Shown: in pieces, positions 41,913 through 59,849 of the stretch
Position numbering within the stretch: the stretch's first letter is position 1
How the letters are laid out: each line of letters begins with the position of its first letter
From: Paraspadella gotoi
Taxonomy: Eukaryota > Animalia > Chaetognatha
Assembly (NCBI GenBank): GCA_051294375.1
Contig: CM119263.1
Span: 23,710,762-23,774,761 of the forward strand
Direction of reading: 5' to 3'
DNA: 64,000 nt
The notes under the pieces: generated by a model
Seen by the model: the letters and a program-made list of their open reading frames with translations, nothing else
Database searches by the model: none
What the model was told of the DNA's origin: nothing
Translations under genes and position numbers: made by a program

Positions 41913-42241
41913 CCAACAAAACTCGAATTAAAATTGAACTCTGCCTCTTCGACTGACACTATTTTTCTCTCCGCTTTAACTAAAATGATACGAGTTTTTC
42001 TCTTTTCTATCACACGCTTTACTAGTTGGCCCCTCAAATCGAATAAAAGACAAAAAAAAAGTATATATAAACTGGGACAGAGAGATGTTGCCTAAAAAAA
42101 ACATCTTCGGAGCTCAAATTTATTTTACTACCAGTGTAAAAAAAATTAGAAGGTTAAAAAGTAAATAAAAAAAAAAGAATGAAAAACTCAGTGTATCGAT
42201 CGAGCGACCCTGGACTTGAAGTTTTGGGGTGTACCGCGAGT

Positions 42242-42275
<34 letters not shown>

Positions 42276-43464
42276 TCCTTTCGTTTTACTGTAATTATTT
42301 AGCATTCGATACTTATAAAAACCGGAGAGATTTTTCGAAAGCTCCTAAAATAAATTTTGCCCCCCTCAAAAAAAAGCTTCGTAGCGCTTTGTCGGCCTCC
42401 TCTTTGACGAGCAGAAGAAGCCGCCAGAATCAAGTCTTACGAATAATCCGCCGACGAAGAAGCTTCACTATTTTTTTGCTGCGTGAAATGTAAACCAAGG
42501 AACGTCGAAGCGAAAGGCCGGATTCAGGCCTCCCTTTTTTTTAGGTTTTTTTTTGGACTCGGATTTCGAAATGAAAATCTTTATAACCAAGACGTTGTTA
42601 GTCAATTGGAAATGCGCCACGATCCTTGAAAACCGAAATTTACATAATCTGCTATGAATGCTCGGTGCAATTTCGGGACTTTTTATTTAAGGATCTAGTT
42701 TTCATAAAATTGTTGATTGATTTTAACTACTCCCGCTGTAGGTAACGTTTGGAACATGCTGCTCTTTTTAACCAATGAAACTCACGAATAAGCTGAAATA
42801 TAATAAAGGGCGTTTCATAGCCTGTGGAACCATAAGAATATTAGGCGAACTACAAGATATGTCATTTTTATGTAATTTATAACATTGTGAAAAATTACAA
42901 GAATAATGTCTTACTATATTAGACTGAATTTGATTAAATTTAAAAATAAATTTGAAAAACTAATATATTTCACTATATATTAGATTTAATTATATCCTTT
43001 ATATAAAGTATATTCTTTTATAATGTAATGGGGAGAGGGATGTTAGTGTTGTCTTCTGGAAATAGAGGGAGTATCTATTCAACACAAGGTGGAAAGTTAC
43101 TTTCTGCCCTAGTTTTCTAATTAGATATAAGACATCATTCTTGTTAAGAAGTAACGTTATGACATATGATATATTTCGTACCTAAGTATGCAAAATAGAT
43201 TAACTGTTTTGTGATTCATGACAAAGAAGGAGGAACTAAAATTTATCTGGGGCTCGTTTCGCCTGATTATTTGCTTGATTGATCGCGATCAATAGCACAG
43301 CTTTTCAAACTCAGAAGTTACGGAGGCAAAAGCTTAGAGATGAAGCCAAGCATTTGAACACCGAAGGGAAAAAGTTATCAGGCAAAATTTTTTTTCTCTT
43401 TTTTTTTCTTTACGCCCGATGAACGGCGGGAGCCAGTTTTCGAACTCTCCTTGACTTTGAACAA

Positions 43465-43541
<77 letters not shown>

Positions 43542-44678
43542 CATCTTCAACAGCACGAAGGGCTTCTTCTACGCCGAAGCAACACCGAAATCCTTTCCTT
43601 TTCAAATCAACAATTTTTTTCTCTATCTCTCCCGAACTTAGTTTTAAAAAAAGAAAGAAAGAAATAAATAGAATAAAAACCTTTTTCCTCGGCTTCGGTA
43701 CAATAAACGCCCCGTCACGAACCGGCGCAGCGTCATTAAAAAAGAAAAAAAGGGAAAAAAATCCTCGAGCCGTTTCCCCTCCGTATCTGCCCTCGCAGTC
43801 CTCCTTCGCCGTCTCAGCGCCGCAGCGACCTCGATCGGGGAAAGAAACGAGAAAGAAAAAGAAATGCAAAGAAACGCCGAACGACACGAAGAGAGACGCC
43901 CTTTCCAATCCATGGAGTGACGCCCCCCCAGGACTCCCCCGCGAAATTGAATTCGGAGGAGGCGGCGCCGGTCGACGAGACCGCCGTGGATGGCGATGAC
44001 GCCCAGGGAACGCCGGGGGAACGGCGCCGACGATGCCGTGTTTTCGTGACCCGCTCTCAGCGTCTCATGACTCCGATGCTTCTCTCGGTTGACTTCTAGT
44101 CCAAAAAAAAAAAAGAAAAGAAAAAAAAAAAGAAAGAAACGAGAGGGAATAAAAAGGAGCTTCGGGTTTTTTTTGTTGGTTTTTTTCCTACTTTGGCTCG
44201 CAGGGCATCGGGGAGCATTCAACAGTTTTCTCTTCTCAATTTTTTGCGTCTGTATGTAAATTCGATGTGTCTCTCTCTCTCTCTCTCGCGTAAAAATGTT
44301 TTTTTTTTCACCGATCACGGATCGGCGATATCAATCTGCATCACTTCGAAGAAAATGACGTCTGTCACGGTTCGGAGTTTGTAGGAAAATTTGATTTTTA
44401 GTTTCCTTCCAGATTTTACAAGCAATAGTAAAAACAAAAACACCCCGCGAAACTGCCCGGGAAAAAAAAAAGAAAATAAACAAATATTTCTTTTTAAATT
44501 TTTGGTCGTTGAACCGTAATAAAGTTTTTTTTCTTCCTTCGATTTCGCTTGTGGATCCTTAAACTGCGGAAACCGTGATTCATACATCAAACCGTTAATT
44601 GGGGAGAGGGTTTGAGAGGGAGGCTCAAAACAAACTCTTTTCTAACGATTTTACATTTCGAAGAACTGTCTATCGTTG

Positions 44679-44719
<41 letters not shown>

Positions 44720-45008
44720 AACTCATTTTTCTCTTTCTTACTCTCTCTTTCTCTCTCGTTCTCTCAAATCGGCCCGAGCACCTTGAACCCGAGCGACTAC
44801 TTGGCAAGTTTTCACTTCGAAGTTCGAACGCCTTCTATTTTCGCGATTAAGTAGAATTTGTTTTTGCAATCCACGCAAACTCTTTTGTGGCTCTTATTTG
44901 AACAGCGGACCGACCGGTTCTCTCTAAGCTGTTAGTCAAGTTTTGGAAACCAACTCATTTCAATTCATTTATTCGAGATAAGAGAGAGGATTCCTCTTGC
45001 TCTTCTTT

Positions 45009-45090
<82 letters not shown>

Positions 45091-45431
45091 TTATCTCTCT
45101 TCCTCTCCCCTTTAAACACAGTTTTTTTATCTTCGATTTTCGAATGAGGTCTGAAAAGAAAAAGTTCAGAAAAAGAAAGAGGGTGTCACAGACCCAGGCG
45201 GCCGAGTGTCAAGGCTGTCAGGATCATATGATTTTGAGAGAGAGAGAGAGTGAGAGAGAGAGAGAGAGAAAGAGAGAACGAGTGGGTTATGCGGTTATGT
45301 CTCCGTTATTAAAACGAGCAATTCTGAGCTAAGAACATAAAATGAAAATTTTTTTGCGACCTGTATTTTTATGCTTCATATAATTTCTTCATGACTTTGC
45401 AAAAGCGATCTGGAAAAAACTCTGAATATAA

Positions 45432-45463
<32 letters not shown>

Positions 45464-45690
45464 CGCGGTTTTGAGCTCGGGTTTGAGGTCGTCCCTGACA
45501 TCCACTGCCTCTTCTGCTTAGCTATTTTCGATCCACGATTTCACGTTTTCCCCATTAACTTAATTTTTTCCTCGTCTTTCTCCTCTTTTTTTTTCATATT
45601 TTTTTCTTTCGTTTACTAAAAAGGGAAAGGAAAAAAAAAAGGACTCGAGTTTCTATTTGCGTTGGTAATTATTATTTCGAGGCTACTTTA

Positions 45691-45728
<38 letters not shown>

Positions 45729-46125
45729 GGGACGACGTTTCTCTCTCTCTCTATCTTTTCACAAATTAATTTTTTTTGTCAGATTCTGATGCGATGAAAC
45801 CGAGGAATTCGATTCTGACGGGCGACACCAGAAGAGTTCAACGGTCATGACCGATCAGATTCGCACCAAAGGTAGGTTTATTTTTTGTCGTCGTAAGAAT
45901 AAAAAAACAAACAAAAAACTGACGAATTTTTAACTGTTTTTATAACGACGAGTCTCAGCTCCCCGAATATCGATTGCGCAATACGCATATCGAATTCTTT
46001 TCTCTTTTTTTAAAAACAAAATAACATCGGAATTCGAGTTGATTAAAAGCAGTCAAGTCCGGGTCGATATATAACAGAAACTGAAGGTCACTCTCTATCT
46101 CTCTCTCTCCTCTTTCTAGGCATGA

Positions 46126-50439
<4,314 letters not shown>

Positions 50440-51915
50440 GTTGAAGAAATGGGGTAACGACGCCCTATGATTGGTTGGAAGTTGGGGAAAAAAAGAAAAA
50501 AGGGAAGCCGAGGGCAGAACTTCGTCTATTGACATAAAATGGCGACCGATTTTCCGGCCGACGAACGACGTCATCCGCGAAAGGGAAAAAAAAAAACCGC
50601 ATCCAGTGAAACAAATTAACAAAGGATGAATTAATAAGACTCTCAGACTTCCAGTTTCACGCACGTCCAATCGCACAGTAAAATTTTTAGGTCTCATAGA
50701 CTCAGAAAACAAAAAAAACAAAAAACAAAAACAGACAAAAAATTATTATATAAACCAATTATTCACTTGATAACGACGAGCTGATCGGATGAACAAAACT
50801 CCTGTGTCAGTGTCACTCTCCTCTCTCTTTCTCTCGTATTTTAAAATTTTTTTTTTTTTTGGAAATTAATGACAACACCGTAATGTTTGACATCGTAGAA
50901 TCGAATTATTTTGGCAGTGTCTTTCACAACCTTGACACCGATTTATATATATTGAATTATGTACAAGTTAAAGCAGACGGTTGCGTAAGATTGACTTATC
51001 AAGTTACCTGAATCGAGGGAAATCGCTTTTCTCGAAACCCAAAGCCTTTCGGTTTGTTACTAAACCGACCATATTTTGTGATCCACGGGACTTTTTAAGC
51101 TGATTTTATCCATCGTTCTTGATCCAACTTCAGTTTAATGATCTCTAGTCAATGTATTTATAAATGATATAAGGTAACATCTAGAAACTGTTTTTTTTAT
51201 GGTTGGCGAAGTCTGTTGGTTATTAGATTTGTTGATAACTATTCTTTATATTCATGGGCAGGGTTTAATATACCCTATACCCGAACGGCTAATTTCCTTC
51301 TCCCCCTTATGTCCGGTAACTCCCATTTACATTTACATGTGCCTACTTCGCAAAAAAAAAAAAAAAAAAAAAACGTCGCGAAAGAAAATATCCTCTCTCG
51401 CGGCCAAGTACAAAACCACTAGTCAATGTTGATATTATTTTCAATAGAAACAAGAAATGCTTTCTTCGATGTTATTTGATGACACGTATAAAAATATCGG
51501 AAAATATATATGAAAGCGGGGATTAATAAAGTTAGAATAAAATTGTCACTCGAGCTTAGTATCATAAATCGATTTAATCAAGCTCTATGAGATTGTTCGA
51601 TGTATCAACGATGCAATGACGACGCAAGAGAAAGAAAAAGGTTGAAAATTCGATCTCTGATTGTGCAACTTGCACCGAGGCAGCGGAGAAACCCGGATCT
51701 GCGGCAGGAGAATGGAAGAACTTTTCTTTGCCTTTTACCTTACCTGTGCGTACACACACACCCTCCGAAGCACACACATAGAAAGAGAGAGGAAGAGAGA
51801 GCTGCTAAAGTTATCTAGAATAATCTTGGTGTTCCCCGCACGCAAGTTCGCTTGTTCTGCTCAGGAGAACTGCCAGGAGCCCAGAGATATTTTTTTCCCG
51901 TTCCACGTAGCACAC

Positions 51916-51995
<80 letters not shown>

Positions 51996-54900
51996 CTCTC
52001 TCTAATTTGTCTTTTCTCCTTCTGTTGCTCTCTCTTTCTCTCTCCCTTCGCTACCTCCTGAAAACTACGAGCTCTCGAGCCGAGAGAAAGTTCAATCAAG
52101 TTTGCTCGACCTCCTCTAGATGTCGCAACGGATCGAAGAGGTGGAAAACAAAACAACTGCGTTGACTTCTTGAAGGAATTCGTAAACTTTTGTTTTCAAC
52201 CGGCCGCCGTCGATCCCAATGACTAAAGGGGGCGAGGGAGATGTGCATAGCAAAGAATGACAACTTCGCCGACCACGATGATGATGACGACGACGACAGC
52301 TACGCGTCGACCGTAAACCGTAAACTCAATCTCGCTCAGTTAAAAAAAAAGGCAGAAAAAACTCTCGAATGAGCCTCGCGGCGACGGTTAAGGAAAAGCA
52401 ATCCAAACGGCGTGGGAAAAAAAAAGTGGGGGGGGAGTGAACAGAAGGAAATGAGTAGGAAAGAAACTAAAGAGAATTTGTTTTTTATGGTTTTTTTCTT
52501 TTTTTTGTAAAGCAAAGAGAAGTCACGACGAAAGGGGCAATTTCTTCAAGCGCTCTTCCGGCTTCAGTCTTTCGCTTCCGCGACTTTTTTCGGTTCGAGA
52601 GGAGAAACGTCTTCTCTCACGGCGACGTCTTGTCTTTGACGGTATTTAGATTTATTTTCCGGTTCATAGTAATGAACTTCTCTTAAAAATCCTTCAGTTT
52701 CCTTAAAAAAAAAAGAAAAAAAAAACGAAAAAACGAAAAGGACCGAATTTTTTTTCTCCCTCATCCGTCATTTTAAAAAGTCGGGATCCCCAGCTTCAAG
52801 TCGTGGCATTCGTGTCATTTTCCTCGGTTCTCTCACTTAAAAAAAACCTAGTTTTAATTGCGACAGTATAAAAGTTTAGAACCTTTTATCACCAACAACA
52901 ACAACAATCGCTAGGACAACAACAACTTCCACTTTTCTCTTTCCAGCCTCCTCCTTCCGCTTATCCACCATAGACGCGCCAAAGATTCCATTGATCATTT
53001 TTTTTTTACTCCAGGGAGAAAAGGAAAAAGAATAGATTTTTTTTTTTTGCGCTTTTGCTCTCGCTTCGGCGGCGTCGGCGAGGCGGCGGCTGCGCGGAGA
53101 GGTCCCAAGGCTTAAACGGCGATAATAAAGGATCGCGGCGACGGCGGCGGAATTCGTAATTCAATGGCGGCAACGACGACGACTGGGACGATGACCCCAG
53201 GAGCCGCTGGAGCAGCTGGAGCCGCAGGAGACGCAGGAGCCGCGGGATCCAGCGTCGGCGATTTTTTTATGCGTAAGTTTGAGAAGGATATTAGAATGTG
53301 AATGATAATATATATAATGTTATATTCTAGACCCCCTTTCTGATAATGGTCTAAAAATAGTACTACTTCGAAGAACAAAAGAATCAAATATTTTGTGGCG
53401 GTATATTCACACCGCCTCACGTCCACCATCCACAATTTGAACATTTCAAAGTTTCTAAAATTTCGAAACGAACGCAATTTGCCAATTTGCTTTCAACATT
53501 GCGCGAAGCTTCTTTGTCGGGCACAGCGAGGCTAACGGCGTCGACGCTGATGGATGTGTTTTCGACGACGCCCCCGGAACCGGCGCTGACCGAAGCGGCG
53601 CTGTCTCCGAGGTCTCTAACCAGACAAGTCGTTGACCATCGCGCCGACCACGCCGCCGACCACGCCGCCGACCACAACACCAGCCACGCGTTTTGCGAAT
53701 GATGCCCTCGTCATTAAAGCTAATCACCTTCAAGGGAAAGACTTTCCTGGATCGATGCCACCAATGCCACCGATGCCATCGCGCCGTTTATTCAAATGGT
53801 TCCATCGCTCGGATGCCAAGATGCTCTCTCACTTTCTCATATTTATTTTAACTGTGACTAAGACGCATTGTTGTACTTGGAATTTTAAATGAAAACCAAG
53901 TCCGGTGTTTTACTTTTTGTATTTAACTCAAGGTTCATTTAATTTTACGACTGTAAAATAAATTTAGCTCAAGTCAGATTGAAGATTCGTAACACGGAAG
54001 TGTAGTTTTCAACCTGAGTACACTCGGAACGTGAATCTTCTTCGGAATTCAAATCGTTGCGGGGAAAATCGTAACTTTTTCTAACACGAAAAAAAACCTC
54101 GGAATATACGTACATACTACATATACTACTATGCGAATTAACTCCCAAAATAGAACTCCGTCCGGAATAATCGACAAACGATATTTTAGTATATGAGATG
54201 ATGAGAGAACGCGCTCTCTATCATTTCCCGGAAATTCACAGGGGACGTTAAATCCATGATGGAAAGCGGGGGATGAATAATATAAAAAAAAAGGGGTTGA
54301 GGTATGAAAAGACTTTATTAAGTAAGGTGGTTGGGAAAGTTTAGTATTTAAAGAGACAAAGCTTATTTTTTGGGGGGGGAATTTTGAACGATTCAGAAAT
54401 ATATTTAAGGCGTATTCGAAAGATAAATATTGGTCGTTGGTCAAGGCTTACTTATGGCGACATTTTTTTCTTTACAGAAGAAGATGATTTAAAAAAAAAA
54501 AAAAAAAGGGAGCAAGTTTTCCGTTGCTGGTGGACTGAGCCGGGGTTGGTATAGCCGCGACCAGCGGGCGTGAATTTCCCAACTGGGTTCACGTCTCGAT
54601 CGTCGAGACGTCGGGGAATTCCGACTTCTTTTGCAAGTCTGTAATTCGTTAATGGACGAATTCAAGAGAGAGAGAGAGAAACCTTCAATGGGGGGGGGTA
54701 GGGGGGTAAGGGGGCGATGGGTTAGCGTGGGCGGAAAGAAAGGTTTAAGGGTCATTAGGAGATGGTTGGGTTAGGACGCGAGTCGGGATTGTATAAGAGG
54801 ATTCGAGAATTAGGAAAAGAGAAAAGTGTTTGTAAAGCGGAGCGATTTGAAAGGGATTTAAGAAAGAGGAATGTTTTGAGGAATGGAGAATGTTATAAAA

Positions 54901-56472
54901 CTTTCGGATCGCTCAGTAGACAACGTTTAACGCTTTTTAGTCGAATCTGCTTATAAATCAGCAGATTCCGACTCTATAATTCACTTTGTCGATCCGTGGG
55001 TCCGCCCCCTCAATTTTGTCGGTCATTAACTTAAATCATGTCAGAACATCGAATTATGATAAATTATGCGTGTCTGTCTGTGGGTCCGTCTGTCCCCCCT
55101 AAGCAAAAAACTCCAATTACTCGTGATTGGATGTTGGATTTGAATGAAATTTTGAAAAAATTGAAAAAAATGATGCAGGTTGAAAAAATGATGGAAGTGA
55201 AAAAAATGATGCCAGCTGAAAAAAATAATAATAGTTAAAAAAATTATTTATTTGTAGACATAGTAACAGTTCAGTTTAATTCCTTGCAAACGATTTACAA
55301 GCCATTGGTTTGGTATGGTCCTATCTGTTATGATCAGTTAGGATCACAAATTGAAAGAATTATCGTCATTTATCATCTGATTAGCTGATTACCGCTTAAT
55401 TATCGTAGGCAGATCCGACATTGTTTGCTCAAACTTGTTTAGAGATATTTTACTTTAAAAATACAACTTACAAATTATCCTACAAAAACTTGAAACACAA
55501 TCGCTTTGCTTATTGCGCTCGAGACGTGAGATTGACGGCTTTTGATTGGGTAAAAGGAAGTCAAAATAGTTGGGGTTTGTGGAGTGATTGTGGGCAGCGC
55601 CTCCAGCGATTCGCCCTCGAACGATTTTAAACGTGGCCAGGGGTCGTTGGTCGTATTGTCTATGTAGCGGAAAAGAGGGAAAGGAAAAAAAACAATGGTA
55701 ACTGGTTGGTAAAGAGGGAAAAAAAGAAGGAAGAGAGGGGGGAGAAAGAGAGGAAGCGAGATTTGCTGAAGGGCCTCGCCAAGTACTGAAGTTTCACTGG
55801 TGCGAACAGCTGAATTTCGCGCCTTCGCTTCTGCAGTTTGCGTGGGGAAAATAAGAAAGGAAAGAAAGGAGAAAAATTTTTTTTTATGGATATATAGCTG
55901 TTGAGAATTAAGAAAAAAAAGAAGAATATGAAAAAACCTAAAAGGCGCTCATAGTTCGGAATTCACGTCACTTTATTTTCACACGTTTCAGTTTTCACCA
56001 GTATTTACGAACCTACCCATTCTCAAATTTCCCTCAATGGTTCCGGACTAATTGGTCGCATGGACTGACATGCTTCTTTTTATATTTTAATCAACGGTAA
56101 TTAGGAAAGGAAAGGAAAGTAATATCCATAAAAGAACGGATAAATATAGATTTTATTACAGAAAACCATATCAAAGTCCCGATTAAGATGGCGCCCGCGA
56201 GAAGAAAGAGAAATCCCAGAGTCTTAGAATAAAATGAGAATAAAAATAAGAACTGAGAAGCAAAACGAAGAAAAAAGCAATTGGAAGGGGAAAAAAAGAT
56301 AAGAGAAAACGTTATGGCGACTGACTGACTGGTGAAGAGATAATCTTCGAGTTCACAAACGAGCCTCTCACAGCCATCACCGCTCAGCGCTCACGGTTCT
56401 CATTTCCTTCTTGGGGAAAGGAGAGATGGATGAGAAAACTGGAGTTGAGATGAAAAGAGAGAGAAAGGAGAG

Positions 56473-56548
<76 letters not shown>

Positions 56549-57712
56549 AGAGAAGAGAGAGAAGAGAGAGACAGAGCTCTGAATAAAATGAGGGAGCCAT
56601 TGTTATTACGTGAACGTGATTCTCTCTTTACTGAGAATTTCCGCTCAAATTTTCCCGCGACTTCATTTAACTTCGGTCCGTGACGCGTCTCGCTCACGTT
56701 CTCCTTTATTTATTAAAAAAGCATTAAAAAACATAATAACGTTAGATGTTTGGAGAGAAAAGCTCCAATGAAAACATGAGCGACTTTATCGTCGAAGCCT
56801 CGCGTAATTATATGTGTCGAGTGAGTGAGAATTTTCCACTCGCCATGTTGTGATTCCGTGAGGTTTGTTTGGGTATCGAGAAAGGAGAAAAAAAGGGATA
56901 AAACAATACCTAGAACGTCTATTAACATTTTGTAATACTGAGATTGATTAGAGTCTTGTATTAAGATTACGCTCTATATCATGCTTGTGATTGCTTTGTT
57001 CCGTGAATTACTTGCTTCAACCCCATGAGCCTGGCTTCAGTCCCAGAACAGCTTGCATCGGCCTCACTTTAGTCTGCTGCTTGCTCGCTTTATTCCCTGG
57101 TTTCCTTTCTCTTCTCCGAAATTCTACCCCCCCCCCTCCTATTCACTTCAAGTTGTTCCTCCCTCTCGTCTTTTTCGCGCCTTGGTCCAGTCTTCCTCTT
57201 CCTCTTCCTCCTCCGCCTCGTCATGGTAACGGATGTTTCCATTATCTCCGCCATCTCTTTCTTTCCTTTTCTTCCATCTCTTTCTCTCTTTTCTTTTTTT
57301 TTATTTCCCGTTCGCCACGCGCCCTCATCATCCTCCTCGGTCGATCCTCCAAGGACCTCTAGAGAGGCTCTAGAGGAGTGTCGCCCGCTCGGCAAAGGGT
57401 CTCTAGAGGATCTCCGACTGCCCTCTGGAGGAGCGACGGAGGAAGGTCGATCATCGGATTTTATTTCATCGATGCCCTTTTTTTTCTATGGAAGAATTTT
57501 TCGTAAGGAGACGCGAGCGGCTTAATAAAAAAATTTCTCTTAAAAAGCTAGTTTAGTCTTTTGTTTTTTTTTTCAATTTTATAACAAATTAATTATTTTT
57601 TTCCCCTATGGATTGATAGTAGAAAATGAAGTGGCTCCGATCACATTTAACGTAAAGAGGGACAGAATTTGTTCTCGTTATGAACTTTGAAATTCATTAA
57701 GAGTGATCGGTT

Positions 57713-59429
57713 ATGGCCGACTGGACTGACCCCGACGAATATGGGGCCGCCAGAGGCGCGAACAATGACGAAAGAAAAACCCAGGAACAAACTTTAAACT
57801 CTGTCGGAAATACGAAAAACTACGCGGAAAAAGAGGACGAAGGCGCCACCGACATTATTACAAATAGCGCCACGATCGAAGCGAATATGGTTGCTATGAC
57901 AACGATCGCAGCGGTTTCCGAGTTTGATTTAGCTGAAGTGAATTCGGATTTGTTGACGGACGACGAAGAATCGGAAGCGGCGGGACCAACTGCAGCCAAT
58001 GACGATGGAAACTCGTCTACTCACGAAATCGACCCTTTGGACGAAATCGTTTTTGACGAATCCGAATGGATCGATGACGACATGGACAGCCGAATCACCC
58101 AACCCGAACCTTCGGACGAGGGTCAGAATTTGCTTTTTCAAATCAGATGTTTATTATGCGCTTAGGTATTTAGCAAAAATGTCCACAAATATTCGCTTTT
58201 AAAAAAAATATGGCTTATAGAAATTATTCAAGATTTCGTAAACGAATCCTTACTAAACTACAAGATTTTGCATCGTCGAGACCTGAGAAGTAAGTTTTCT
58301 TTTTTCATGAAAATTTGCAAATTACTTGTTTCACTATTTTCTATTTTTATATTTTATGAAGGATTTAGTATTTAATCTATATTATTTAAACAAATATATA
58401 TTGCTTTCTTTTTTAAAAATGTTTTATTTATCTAATAATTCAATTTGGGAAGGGGAAGTCAGTGTTGTCTTCTGGAAATAGAGGGAGCATTTTATAATGT
58501 AGATTTAATGTCTCACCGTTTTTTTTTTCAAAATCATCGACTGAAAAAACGAGGAGGAAAACATATCACACATCAAGTTGAGATCGAAGTTCGAATTCGA
58601 GTCGAGTCCGCCAGAAAAATTCGGCAACACGGAGTTTTGAACGGAGCGATCGAGAAGATAGAAGGTCTCGTCGATTTCGTCAACATCTATCTGTCTATCT
58701 ATCTTTCTTTCTTTCTATCTCTCAGACAGCATCCATTCCATTCTCCACACTTCCGTCCCCGGTTTTCTCTTCGATCGAATCCCGAAGACAAGTAGCGAAA
58801 GGAGCGTAGACTTTAGCGGCGGCGGCGGCGGAGGCGGTCTCGCCAGTTCGATCCTCACCAGCGTCGGAAGTTTCTTCGGATCCGTTGGGGGTAAGAAACT
58901 AAATAAAAATAATTCGTTATTAAAACCGACGCTTTCACATTCCCCTTGACACTTTATATTCCACTCGAGATTTCACCCATCAATCAACGTTGCGTTTTCA
59001 CAGCTCAAAAGCAGGAGAATTGCTTCGTGTGCGACGAGCCGCTCCAAAATCGTCCCCCTGTCCGCAGACTTTTCTGTCAACACGAATTTCACGAATGGTG
59101 TCTCAAAAATTCACTGCGAAATCAGGCAGGGCAAATCGCTTGCAGGGTTAGGGATTTAGTTGGGTTGGGTTAAGGCAGGTTTGAAGGCCTTAGGCTTGAC
59201 AATAGTAAATAACTTTTATCTTTTTAAAATCAAAGTAAATTATAAATTCTACATAGGATCGTCAAATCATCATTTGATGGTTTGCTTCAGTAAATTTTGG
59301 AAGCTCTGATAATTATTATAATTATTTTAAACATTAACACGAATTTAGGCGAGATGTCCCTCGTGCGGTGATTGCGTCGTCTGCAAGAACGATGAATTTA
59401 AAGTTCTCATCTTTTGGAAAAAAATATGA
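57713..59429 (+). CDS. RING-H2 finger protein (probable E3 ligase) with an acidic N-terminus
   Basis: Acidic first exon 57713-58121, phase-1 internal exons, then CFVCDEPLQNRPPVRRLFCQHEFHEWC (~59021-59101) completed by ARCPSC in the last exon (59349-59429), giving C3H2C3 ligands. Internal exon borders are approximate. Confidence 0.72.
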
Positions 59430-59849
59430 TGGACGATCAACAAAATTTAGCAACGAATCTTTATCGGTGATAAATTTGCAATTGAACTTCATTGAGATAA
59501 AAACGATGATCTTTTGCGATGTTTATCAGTAATGAAAAATAAAAAGTTATTTAATTTACCCAGGGACCCTGGCAGGGTAAGATCCGGTTTGTTTGAACCT
59601 CAATTTGAACCTCAATTTTAAAACGTCTGGGCCACCCAAACCGAACCAGTCCTCCAAGCTTCAACTGCCAGCTGATCCTGGAAACCGCAAGGTCCGCAAC
59701 TGCCATCCAATCTTCAAAGCTGCAATAGCAAAACTCTTCTAGATCCGAAAGTGGCTGAGAAATTGATTCAGGGTCGAGAGATTAATCGGCGAGGGACGAA
59801 GAAATTCCCGCCCCGTCGATTCCGTTCCTAGTTTCTTTTTTCTCTCTCT

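Noticed and set aside
45692-45726. 35-nt poly(A) as a retrotransposon tail
   Set aside because: No upstream element body or TSD was recognised; A/T runs are frequent here.
54688-54735. G-rich stretch with G-quadruplex potential
   Set aside because: There is no associated gene or other support, and such tracts are common in this purine-skewed region.
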